A stretch of 64,000 bases of DNA from a virus, in the IMG/VR virus record IMGVR_UViG_3300044957_000729; one strand, 5' to 3'. A program made the translations under genes and the position numbers. This document shows positions 11,020 to 21,400 of the stretch, piece by piece (position 1 is the first letter of the stretch; the number at the start of each line of letters is the position of its first letter). The notes below the pieces were generated by a model. It saw nothing but the letters and a program-made list of their open reading frames with translations, was not told where the DNA came from and ran no database searches.

Positions 11020-11694
11020 TCAGGTCGTATATTCCCTATAAACGTTTAATATATCTGGTACTATAGGGTGTCTATGATTTTTCTTAAGGGTGATAACCTT
11101 AACTCCATTAACCCTTGCAGAAATAGTGTTCATAAAATCCAAGCCTGATTCTTTCTTGTTTTTTAGGTCAATCTGCGATGTATCCCCACATATGATGATC
11201 TTAGAACCAATCCCAAGTCTTCCCAATACCATTTCCATTTGATTCATAGTTACGTTCTGTGCTTCATCTACAATCACGCAAGAATTAACAAGAGTTCTAC
11301 CCCTCATGAAAGGAAAGGGTAAAATCTCTATGATCCCATCGCTAAACAATTTTTCAACTTTATCTTTCTCGTAAACCATTTCAAGGTTTGAGTAAATTGG
11401 TGCCAACCACGGATCCATCTTTTCTTTTAAATCCCCAGGGAGAAATCCTATATCTTCCTTTGCCACTGTGGGTCTAGTAATAACTAGTTTTTCGATTTCC
11501 CTATTAAATAGCATATCCAAAGATATTTGTACTGCTAGCAATGTTTTTCCAGATCCAGCAGCTCCTTTAAGAACGTTGACTGGATTTTCTAAAATAGTAG
11601 CTTTTGCATCTTTTTGTTCTTCGTTTAGATTGATTTTAAATTTAATGGGGTTTTTAGGTTTCCTTTTTTGTGTCCAGTTGCTTCCTGTATCCAT
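11020..11694 (-). CDS. phoH: PhoH-family ATPase
   Basis: GAAGSGKT Walker A, ITRP, GFLPGDLKEKMDPW, MRGRT, DEAQN, GDTSQIDL. Confidence 0.95.
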   Translation of the reverse strand: MDTGSNWTQKRKPKNPIKFKINLNEEQKDAKATILENPVNVLKGAAGSGKTLLAVQISLDMLFNREIEKLVITRPTVAKEDIGFLPGDLKEKMDPWLAPIYSNLEMVYEKDKVEKLFSDGIIEILPFPFMRGRTLVNSCVIVDEAQNVTMNQMEMVLGRLGIGSKIIICGDTSQIDLKNKKESGLDFMNTISARVNGVKVITLKKNHRHPIVPDILNVYREYTT

Positions 11695-11711
11695 AAGATT
11701 TTTTTTATTTT

Positions 11712-11734
11712 GAGAAACATATCCAATGTTTCTC
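11712..11734. repeat. perfect 9-bp inverted repeat GAGAAACAT-ATCCA-ATGTTTCTC
   Basis: read directly in the phoH / 11806 divergent intergenic region. Confidence 0.8.
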
Positions 11735-11778
11735 TGTTTAATAATTAACCCTGTCTTTTCTTAAAGTATTAAATACAG

Positions 11779-11788
11779 GATATATATC
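11779..11788. promoter_or_regulatory. palindromic GATATATATC, candidate bidirectional late-type promoter
   Basis: GATATATA on both strands between divergent genes. Confidence 0.55.
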
Positions 11789-11805
11789 AAAAAAAGAAAA
11801 TTCAA

Positions 11806-12723
11806 ATGGCAATAACAATTACCGAAATCCTTGGAACGGATTCTATTTCAGGATCAAGATTAACCATTAATGCTAACTTTTTGCTTCTAGAGAACGCTTA
11901 CAACGATTTAGAAAACACTTTTAATATCAATGTGTTAACTGGATCATTAGACGTTTCTAGCGCATCTAGCGGGCAAATAAAATCTAAATCACTTCTAACT
12001 AACAGCTTGGCGATGCCAGCCTCTGGATCACCTACCATTGAAATATATGGTACAGGAGCAAGCGGAGGTTCTATTGTGTTCACAAACACAGTGGCAGGAG
12101 CTACTGGTATTTTTTCGAACGTTCTCCAGGTTAATAATCTTTCTGCTTCAGGAGCAGCAACATTCGGGGCAACCGCAACTTTCCAAAGTGTGCTTAATGT
12201 AGATGGAAGAATGACTATAGGAGCTTCTGGTAATTTTGTAAATACAAACAGAAAAGCTACCGTTGGATCAACCACAGCTTTTCCTTCTGCACCAGGTGCA
12301 GGTGTTACTGGAACATATTCCAGTCCTTATCAATTAAATTTAACTGAAAATGTTATCTATATACAATCAGACTTTGTTTCAGGCGCGACTGCTGATGTTG
12401 CAAACTCTACAGGATTTTTCTTTTATGCAGCAACAGGCAATGGAGCAACTGCTTCTGATATCCCTGCTGGTTACACAGTAACTCTAGTAGATGCTGCCAC
12501 GACTGCCGGAATAATATCAACGGGAGTTACCGGGCCTTCACCTTACTATTACACAGGATTTTCCACAGGGGACGGATCTTATTCAGATCCTATTATACAA
12601 ACACCAGGTAACCAATACAAGTCATCAATCACACTTATGTGGGAGCCAAGAATAGATCAAGGAGCAGCAACACAAAAAGGATCTTGGGTGATTGTTAATT
12701 CCACACAAGGCTTTACATTCTAA
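11806..12723 (+). CDS. virion structural/fibre protein
   Basis: N-terminal DSISGSRLTINANF attachment-type motif; G/S/T/A-rich. Confidence 0.6.
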   Translation: MAITITEILGTDSISGSRLTINANFLLLENAYNDLENTFNINVLTGSLDVSSASSGQIKSKSLLTNSLAMPASGSPTIEIYGTGASGGSIVFTNTVAGATGIFSNVLQVNNLSASGAATFGATATFQSVLNVDGRMTIGASGNFVNTNRKATVGSTTAFPSAPGAGVTGTYSSPYQLNLTENVIYIQSDFVSGATADVANSTGFFFYAATGNGATASDIPAGYTVTLVDAATTAGIISTGVTGPSPYYYTGFSTGDGSYSDPIIQTPGNQYKSSITLMWEPRIDQGAATQKGSWVIVNSTQGFTF

Positions 12724-12739
12724 TAAAGAAAAATAATCG

Positions 12740-14923
12740 ATGGCAAAGACACCTTTTATAAGACCTATAGCAGTTCAAGGAGGCACATTTTATACATTTT
12801 CTTCTTCTGCGGAGGATTTATCTTTAACCTTTAATAATTCATTAAAGAAATTTACTTTTTCTAAATATGCTTTATTAAAACTTCCGGAATTTGGAACTCC
12901 TACATACGGGGAGAACACCTTTCAGTTTAATGCTATCGATACAACTTTTTTAGATGCTGCCGCTGGAGACTTTATATTAACAAATCCAAATAACCTAAGT
13001 CCTTCCCCTGAAATATCATTTCAAAACTACTGCTTAAACTTAGAATCAACTATTATTTCTGATCCTAATTATAACCAGGATTTAAAAAGAAATGTATCTG
13101 AAAGAGTTTTTTGGAAATGGGTTAAAGAACTAGGAGGTGTTAGATACAGGACAGCAAACACAAATGAAGTAGTAGCTTCTTTAAACCAAACACTAATAAC
13201 CACAAAAGACGGTTATCCATATTCAGATAAAAGATGGGTAGAAGAAGACACTTTACTAACAGGAAACGGTACGCCTAATTCTAGATATGAAAGGATAGTT
13301 CAGTACATAGGTGATATAGACGTTGTAAATTCAGTACAGAATTCAGAGAACGCATACTCTGAAGTCTATATCCATGTTCCTACCGGAGACGGAGGTACTC
13401 CATACGTTTTATTTAAAACTATAGCGGACGAAAATTATTATCCAGATAGAACCTGGACACACTTACCTCCGGATCCAACAGATACGGAGTATTTACAAGG
13501 AAGAGATTCTGCTTCAGGACTATACGGACCTAATGGATTACCAAAATTAGCAATATTTGATCAGGATGTTTTAGGAGAACCTGGAGTTAGTGGAACATCA
13601 GCAACAGGATCTTTTACAAATAACTGGTATTCCCCAAGAGACGAGGCAAACTCGTATTTTAGTGATCCTACTTTTTTTGATAATAGTAATTACGAGATTG
13701 AAAAATATGTAGCTGCTTCAGGACCTGGAGGTTACTCGGTAACATATAAGAGAAATAATCTAGACGGGGTTCAAATAGATTTTGATCCAGCTTCATATAG
13801 AGCTATTCAAAACTATGTAGGTATTTCAACTATCGAAGAATGGAATGGAACGCCTATTACAACTTCTTTCGAGTTTAACGCAGTTTTGGTTTATTATGAT
13901 GTTTACGATCCTAATAACCCTACAGATTCAGAAACTAATCTCTATGGGATTCTTTTCCTGAACGATCCTGAGCCTGTTTCCCTAAACGCAGGTAAGCTCC
14001 CTTCATTTAAGAAGTTTAAACCCGATCTGATTACTAAACTTAATGGTAATTCATACGGATTTAAAATAAATCTAAAGTTTGATACCGATGTAGAAAGCAC
14101 AGGAGTTGAGCAGGCTATTAACGACTACTCTTCTTTCTCTCTTTCTATCTTTATGGATGCTGCTACAGTTTTACAGGATGCTGCTAAAAATCTTAATGAT
14201 AGAACATTACAGATAGCTGGTATGCAGAATGATATTAATAATCTTAAAGATCTAATAATAAACACTGACGACAGCGCGGAGATAAAAGCAAGATTGGACG
14301 TGGTCGAAGCTTCTTTACAAGCAAACCAAGCACTTTTTGATAACACCCAGGATATTATAAGCCTTATAGAAAACAACACTGATACTATTAACAACATATT
14401 ACAAAATCAGACTTCTATTAATATGTCTTATAATCTTGATCTATTAAAAGACGGGGACGGGACATCTGTAGATAGGAGCACTCCTAATATATTGAAGGTT
14501 AATGTTACTCAACAGGATTACAACATTTCTAATAATTCTTTATTTACTATAAATCCTGTAGCAGGAAACACTGTTCCTCTTTCAATTTATACTAACTATT
14601 TAAAACATAAAAATAACGGAGTTTCAATAACAGCTAATAATGATATCGTTATAAGAATAGATGACAGTATAAACAAATGGAAAAAAGGACAGGTTTTAAG
14701 ACTTGTTATAGGAGACGATATAGATCTAGGAAATTATTCACTTGTTATTCTAACTGACGCATTAGGTGAATATCCTAAATCAGCACCTTCAGGAGTACCA
14801 TATTCATCTGTAGTTGCAGGATTTCTTAATACACAGTTTTCTGGATCTAATTATAAACCAATTTTTGATATTGTTTGTATAGACGATAAGAACTTAATAT
14901 TTGAAGTTGATCAAATAAAATAA
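12740..14923 (+). CDS. putative virion structural protein with coiled-coil segment
   Basis: 727 aa in the structural operon; heptad-like region near residues 470-560. Confidence 0.55.
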   Translation: MAKTPFIRPIAVQGGTFYTFSSSAEDLSLTFNNSLKKFTFSKYALLKLPEFGTPTYGENTFQFNAIDTTFLDAAAGDFILTNPNNLSPSPEISFQNYCLNLESTIISDPNYNQDLKRNVSERVFWKWVKELGGVRYRTANTNEVVASLNQTLITTKDGYPYSDKRWVEEDTLLTGNGTPNSRYERIVQYIGDIDVVNSVQNSENAYSEVYIHVPTGDGGTPYVLFKTIADENYYPDRTWTHLPPDPTDTEYLQGRDSASGLYGPNGLPKLAIFDQDVLGEPGVSGTSATGSFTNNWYSPRDEANSYFSDPTFFDNSNYEIEKYVAASGPGGYSVTYKRNNLDGVQIDFDPASYRAIQNYVGISTIEEWNGTPITTSFEFNAVLVYYDVYDPNNPTDSETNLYGILFLNDPEPVSLNAGKLPSFKKFKPDLITKLNGNSYGFKINLKFDTDVESTGVEQAINDYSSFSLSIFMDAATVLQDAAKNLNDRTLQIAGMQNDINNLKDLIINTDDSAEIKARLDVVEASLQANQALFDNTQDIISLIENNTDTINNILQNQTSINMSYNLDLLKDGDGTSVDRSTPNILKVNVTQQDYNISNNSLFTINPVAGNTVPLSIYTNYLKHKNNGVSITANNDIVIRIDDSINKWKKGQVLRLVIGDDIDLGNYSLVILTDALGEYPKSAPSGVPYSSVVAGFLNTQFSGSNYKPIFDIVCIDDKNLIFEVDQIK

Positions 14924-14928
14924 AAAAA

Positions 14929-17900
14929 ATGTCGAATACTAAAAATTCATTTTCATCATTAATAGCACAGTTTCTTAGGCTACAGAAAAACTCTCTGGAG
15001 ATTATAAATAAGCTTAATGATGTGACAACATCTTCCAAGGATTCTGTTGAAGTGGAATTCTTGATGGATGATAACACTTCTGAAAATATACAAATACCAT
15101 CTTTCGGATATTTAAAAACTGAGATAAACAGACTAGATCAAAACATAAAAGCTTTATCTGGATTAGAAGACAATAGAGCAAACGTTAGAAATCCGGACGG
15201 CACAGTTGCTAAGATATATCAAGCTAAAACATTAAAGGACCCATCATCTCCTGCTAGCTTACAGGTTCCTTCTACCTTCCAAGCTAGAAATAACTGGTTT
15301 TTTGAATCTTTCTTAAATCCTCTTCTTTATATAGAAATTGATGTTGAAAATCAAATCCCAGAAAATTCAGAAAGTGTTTATGTAAAAAGAATAATTGCAA
15401 ACACACAGTCCGATGTACAGAAGCAATATTTTGATAATAATATTAAGGGCAGAAATGATTTAAGTGATAGTGATTTTATAGCTTCTTTAGAAAGCCAAGG
15501 AATTCAATATTTTATTGATGAACAGATAAATGATCTAGATTTAAGAACAATAAGATATACAGGTTCTTTTGGGGTATTAAGGATATTTGACGAGGAAGTA
15601 CAAGTAACTGTAAACGGAACAACAACCACTAATACGGTTAGAAAATATAAACTTAACACACTAAGGTACAACGACGTTTTAGCAGACACAGAAAACTCCA
15701 GAACACTAACTAAAGGAGAAATACTAATAACTGCGGGGGGAACTAAATACGAGATAACATCAATTGATTCAACTAATCAAACAGTAGTATTTAAAAGATT
15801 ATTTGGGTTTGAAGCTATCCAACTCGGAGATTCGGTGCTAACAATATATTCTAATGTATTGTCTAATAGACAGGTAGAAGTAAACGTTGGATTTGACGAA
15901 AGACAAGGGGTATTTATTAAATCTATTGACGGGGACTTTAATGTCGCATCTAGTAAATATAGTCCAGGTATTTGTTTTTTTTCTAGTGAGCTCCAGATAA
16001 CAACTACCGACGGTGTAAAAACACTAGAGGCTTTTTATAACTCACAGGTTTCTGACTTCGGTAAAATATTTATAGCATCAGCGAAAGATAATACAATCCC
16101 TGCTATATATGGGCAAACTCCATCATCTCCTGTAGTTTCTCCTGGTAACTTTAAAGTGGTAAGAGTAAACTCACAAATAACAAACTCTAAAGAAAGTGAT
16201 GCTTTTAAAGATAAGGTTAAAACAAAAAACACACTAAAGAATGAAATAGATTCAATAGATAGGGCAATAGATCAAACTAGAAAACAATTATCGGAATTAA
16301 CAACAACCTCAGTTGGTAAAACCCCAACTGCAGAATTTAAGAAACTCAATGATAAAATTAGTGCTCTTTCAAAAGACAAGGGGGTTAAAACCGAATTAGT
16401 ATCTACTAATATAACAGAATTAAATAATTTAATTATAGCGGTGCCTGAATTAACAGAGGCACCTAAATACAGAGTAAGGGGATTTTGGCCTATACCTGAA
16501 CCTATAGTGGATCCTAAGACTGGAGAACAAAATATAGTTCAATTTAATGTAAGATATAGATATCTTTCGTTGACTGGCAATCCAAATGGTGTAGATCAGA
16601 TAGATTATATTGATAATAATGGAGTAGCAAAAACCGGGCAGTTTACTAACTGGGAACAATTTAAAAGCGATGTAAGGAAAAAAGTATATGACACTAATAC
16701 TGGAACATATGTATGGCAAATCGAGGACGTTAGCGACGCTAATACTGTTAATATAAATCAGCTAGACATTCCTATAACAAAAGGGGAAAAGGTGGAAATA
16801 CAAATACAGTCCATATCTGAGGCTGGGTGGCCAACTAATCCTCTAACTTCAGATTGGTCGACTTCTGCAATAGTTGATTTTCCACCTGATCTTGTAGTTG
16901 AGGTCGACAATTCATCTTTTGTAGTACAAAATAATACTGACACAGCGGTTTCTAAAGTGCAGAGCGATTTACAAGCAAAAGGTCTAGATCAACATTTATC
17001 TACACAATTTACATCAGGGGATAAATTCTATGCTCACAATTCTTCCGTTATTGCATCTGGATTTTTTGATGCAACAGGGAAAGCATTAGATCTTTTTCAG
17101 AAATTAACTCAAATTGATAATGAGCTACAGTCTCTAAGGGCCTTAATAGCTAGAGCTAAGGGGACGCTTGGTGTTTATATAAGAAGCGGAAACACATCTA
17201 ACAAGATCAACCCAGGAAGTACTATAAACTTATTTGGAGGATATTATGATCAACTTATAGATCTTTCAAATCCTAGTAATAAAGGTAAGATAGCAAATGT
17301 AGTCTATTATTTAGAACTAAGAAACGAAGCAGCAACTCCTCTAGAGCTTTCTTCCTTGATTCCTGGAGGACAAAATGTCAAAGCACCAAATTCTATTACC
17401 GGACAGACAGATTACAACAACAATAGAAAATACGGAGAAACCCCTATTCAGCTTTCTGGTATTGTCGATGCTAATGTTAATACAACTTCGCCAGGATCAT
17501 TCGTGCAAGCTTCTGGATATCAAAGTGGTAATGCTTTTTCCCAGTTTGTTTACAATAGATATAAGAGCGTAGGGCTTGACGAAGAATTATATTTTATTCC
17601 ACCTACATCACTATCGTGGAACATAGATAATGGCTCATCTGTAGGAGGTAGCCAGTTACCAATAAATAACGACGGGATAATAATACCATTTAAACCATCT
17701 ACAACAGGTGTGGTAAATGCTGGTGCTAATGCTAACATATGGGGAGGAACATACACAGCAGGAGCACCTGATATTAACGGAGATCTTAATGAGTTTTGTA
17801 TCCATATTTCACATCCTGACATAAATGATGGAAACTCAACAATTTTTGAATCTTTGATAAGACCATCGGTTTTACCTACTGGGCCTATGAATTATCCTTC

Positions 17901-18429
17901 TTTTAGACATGCCTTAGGGTTTGAGACCGACACTAATATATCATCTTCAGTACCTGGATTTCAATCTTCTTCTTACCAACAGTTAGAATATTATCCAGCT
18001 AACTCAGGATCTAATTTCGGCACTGATGATAACTCTTACCCTAATAAATTAGGGTTTGTAGAAAGCGATGAATTCTTATGTGGTAAGTTCTCCTGTGGAG
18101 CTTATTTATTTATGGCTCCTACTAATCACACAGCAGTTCAAATCGAGGGTTCTACCCAATTAGCTAAAAAGACTTTAGATTTTGGACAGGAGAATGCTAT
18201 AACAGTACCACTTGTTTTTCAAATGAGAGCTCAAGATAAACTAGGATATGTTGGAGGATGGAGATCCGCAGGTAACCTTAAGAATATTACTTATAATAAG
18301 AAAATAGGAATAGATATACAGGTGAAAAATGAGGATCTTTTTTCTTTCGATGTTTTAGTATCTGGAAGTTATACTAAGACTTCATTAGTTTCACCAGCTT
18401 ATTCTCAAAGTAAGAAAACAACTATCTAG
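14929..18429 (+). CDS. putative virion structural protein
   Basis: 1166 aa with coiled-coil and beta-rich regions; operon context. Confidence 0.55.
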   Translation: MSNTKNSFSSLIAQFLRLQKNSLEIINKLNDVTTSSKDSVEVEFLMDDNTSENIQIPSFGYLKTEINRLDQNIKALSGLEDNRANVRNPDGTVAKIYQAKTLKDPSSPASLQVPSTFQARNNWFFESFLNPLLYIEIDVENQIPENSESVYVKRIIANTQSDVQKQYFDNNIKGRNDLSDSDFIASLESQGIQYFIDEQINDLDLRTIRYTGSFGVLRIFDEEVQVTVNGTTTTNTVRKYKLNTLRYNDVLADTENSRTLTKGEILITAGGTKYEITSIDSTNQTVVFKRLFGFEAIQLGDSVLTIYSNVLSNRQVEVNVGFDERQGVFIKSIDGDFNVASSKYSPGICFFSSELQITTTDGVKTLEAFYNSQVSDFGKIFIASAKDNTIPAIYGQTPSSPVVSPGNFKVVRVNSQITNSKESDAFKDKVKTKNTLKNEIDSIDRAIDQTRKQLSELTTTSVGKTPTAEFKKLNDKISALSKDKGVKTELVSTNITELNNLIIAVPELTEAPKYRVRGFWPIPEPIVDPKTGEQNIVQFNVRYRYLSLTGNPNGVDQIDYIDNNGVAKTGQFTNWEQFKSDVRKKVYDTNTGTYVWQIEDVSDANTVNINQLDIPITKGEKVEIQIQSISEAGWPTNPLTSDWSTSAIVDFPPDLVVEVDNSSFVVQNNTDTAVSKVQSDLQAKGLDQHLSTQFTSGDKFYAHNSSVIASGFFDATGKALDLFQKLTQIDNELQSLRALIARAKGTLGVYIRSGNTSNKINPGSTINLFGGYYDQLIDLSNPSNKGKIANVVYYLELRNEAATPLELSSLIPGGQNVKAPNSITGQTDYNNNRKYGETPIQLSGIVDANVNTTSPGSFVQASGYQSGNAFSQFVYNRYKSVGLDEELYFIPPTSLSWNIDNGSSVGGSQLPINNDGIIIPFKPSTTGVVNAGANANIWGGTYTAGAPDINGDLNEFCIHISHPDINDGNSTIFESLIRPSVLPTGPMNYPSFRHALGFETDTNISSSVPGFQSSSYQQLEYYPANSGSNFGTDDNSYPNKLGFVESDEFLCGKFSCGAYLFMAPTNHTAVQIEGSTQLAKKTLDFGQENAITVPLVFQMRAQDKLGYVGGWRSAGNLKNITYNKKIGIDIQVKNEDLFSFDVLVSGSYTKTSLVSPAYSQSKKTTI

Positions 18430-18432
18430 TAA

Positions 18433-21400
18433 GTGGCAAGGAAAATAATTAAACAAAATTCGTCTTTCGGAGTTCTCAGAGCCAATCCAAGGATATCTGG
18501 AAACGTAAAAATTACCGTTGACTCTAAGAGTGATATATGGCTTAATTCTATAGATTCTAATTCTGAGATGTCTAATAGCTATTACAAAGGCTTTAGAATA
18601 TCTCCGGAAACTTCTTATGATAAGGATCTTTATAGATTTTTCAGAGAGGGTAAAACACCATCTCAGTTTATTTTTGGAATGATTGGAGAGGGGGATCCTG
18701 TTCAAAACCAGATAAAAGACCTATCTGATAGTTACAGCTTTTTTTATAGCTCCGGTGTTTCCCCTTTGATTTCCGATAAATATGATGAAGATTTTTCTTA
18801 CCTAGCTCCTTTTTGGCTGGGTGAAGATATACCAGATCATTTTGTTATTTTTAAATTAAATGATCCTATAGATTACTCATATAAGGTTCCAGTAACTTCT
18901 CTTGTTATTGGAACTACTTATAAAGTATTACAGGACACTTCCGTAGATCCTCAAAGTCCTGGATATCTTCCATTTCAAATATCCTCTGGAAGCCAAACTT
19001 ATACTGACGGTAACGTTTTTACAGCTACCTCTTTCACTTTTAATGTTCTACAGGGACAAGGGTCTGTAATACTTTTAGATCCTCTATATAACATGGCTAA
19101 TGTAGAGAACACAGAGGATCATTTTTATGATAAGATACTTCCTAAATCTACTGTTGTAGCAAGTTTTGATTTAACTGAGAATACTAAAATAGGTAAGTAT
19201 CTAAGAAAAATAAAAACAACCCCTGGATACACAGACAGTTTAATTGATGTTAGATTCGAAGAAAATCAGTTAACCACCTTTAACGGTGTTAATTACCAGG
19301 TTGGTATATTTGATAAGAAAGGGGATTACTTAATAGACTATTATAAAAATCCAGAAACACAAATAGGATTCGAAGATTTTATAACTAATGGATTTAGAAA
19401 TAATGGTATATTAAGCTATAAGCTTTTAAATCTGGAGTTCTTGTTTAATGATAACGATTCTCCAAACTACACTATAAATAGATATTTTGGGTTATATGTT
19501 AATGCACCAGAGATAGCTAAATTTAAGATAGACGGGGATGCTTTTTATAAGAGTCAAGGATCGTCTGGTAATATCCCCGTACCCGAAAAAAATAATAAAG
19601 GATACTACTTTCAAGAAACTTCCTATTATCAATATAATGATAACGGAGTAAGATTATACTTAGATCCTAATGAGATATCTGGTATTATACCAAACTCAGA
19701 CGATGTAAATATATTAGAGGAGACAAAAATTTTTTGGATAAAAGATAAGAACGATAACTTTCATTCATTAAAAAGATACGAGGATTATGGAAATTCTTCC
19801 CCTGATCCTCTATATTCAGTTTACGGGATAAGCGGATATGAGAACCAATTAGTAATACAGGATACTTCCCTAGATTTATCATTATTATCAGGAAAAGACA
19901 TAGACACTAGAAAGCAATATCCAGCGGTAACTACAGGACAAAAAGGGAGAGGATACAGTGTTATTAGAATAGCGGGGGAGCTAAATAATTATAATGAGAA
20001 TTCATTTATATTTTATAACCCTTTAGGATATCACGGATTACCTGGAGCTAAATATGACATAATAAGGGCATCTGATCTTTCCTCCACTATTGACGAGTGG
20101 GGCCCAGGAAGTTTCTATGCTCAGGATGAAGTTTATTACTACCATCCCTTCGGAACAAATGAAAAAATTGCTGAGGCTTTAACTGGAATTTTTAACAGCT
20201 TTAATTACAACTCCTTTGAAGCATTTAATTCCGGGGATGAAGTTGTAATAAGAACAAACGCAGTAGGTGCGCAGGAGAACACTAAATATTATTTAGACTT
20301 TTTCCAAAACTTTACAACCCTCCAAAGAATGCCCGACTCCAAAAGAGGTATAGTCTTTATAAACGAAAAAGATGTCTGTGACATAAATCAAAGACAATCC
20401 TTTCTGGGTGGATCTAATTATTCTAATACAAGAGTTAAAGTTAAAATAGAGGATGCAAATAAGATAGAGGTAGGTAAAACCTTTATTGAAACTATAAAAA
20501 GTACAGTTACTGATTCATTTAATAATATACCAGAATACTCCAATAAAGGAGCTTCCGTCGTTATAGGAAAATATAGATTTGTTGATCAGTATGCTAGAGA
20601 TGAAAAAGGAGAAATAGTAGGACTTAAAGATTTTGAAACCCACGCTACTCTTGAAATAGCTAATTTTACTGAATCTATAGCTTTTGGTACATCTGGATCT
20701 ATTTCTGCTTTTAATACTTATAATGTTTCACTGGGTATTTTTTCTTTCTATGGATTAAGGGAAATTGATATGGATTTCTGGTATAGCCAGTACGGATATA
20801 CACCAACCCCGGAATATTATAAACATTTAGATGTGCAACCCTCTGGGATAACTAAAATAGTTCCGAGGAAAACTTATTTTGTTTCTAATGGAGCATTTGT
20901 AGATTATGGTGGAAACACGATAACTGGTCCAAATTTCTTTGAAGGGGTAGTAGGTGAGGATCAGTACACATTAGCTACAGGATCGACTGGGGCAGAGTCT
21001 AATGTTTTCCCTACGCTATCATCTAGAGGTAACATTACAGTTGGTGTTACTCCTAGTAATTTCGACTATTCTTTTTATCCGGATTTAGATGCCTTCCCTG
21101 GATTTTATGGAATACAATCCCTTCAGTTTATCGACAATGCTATAGGATTAGATACAAAATACAAGCAATTAAATTTTGGTAAGCTAAATTCTGAATATGA
21201 CTACACGCAGGACAACTATAATCCAGTGTTTGCTACAAACAGTAGAGTTAGTCCTTATATAACTAAATGGGTTTATAGAGGAGGAACAGATGTCAGAGGA
21301 AATGGATACAGATTAAATGCTAACATAGCTTTTAGTCCTTTAAATTTTTCTCCTAGCTTTTTTAGAAGATCTCAAGATCCACAGTACTTTACACACGAAT

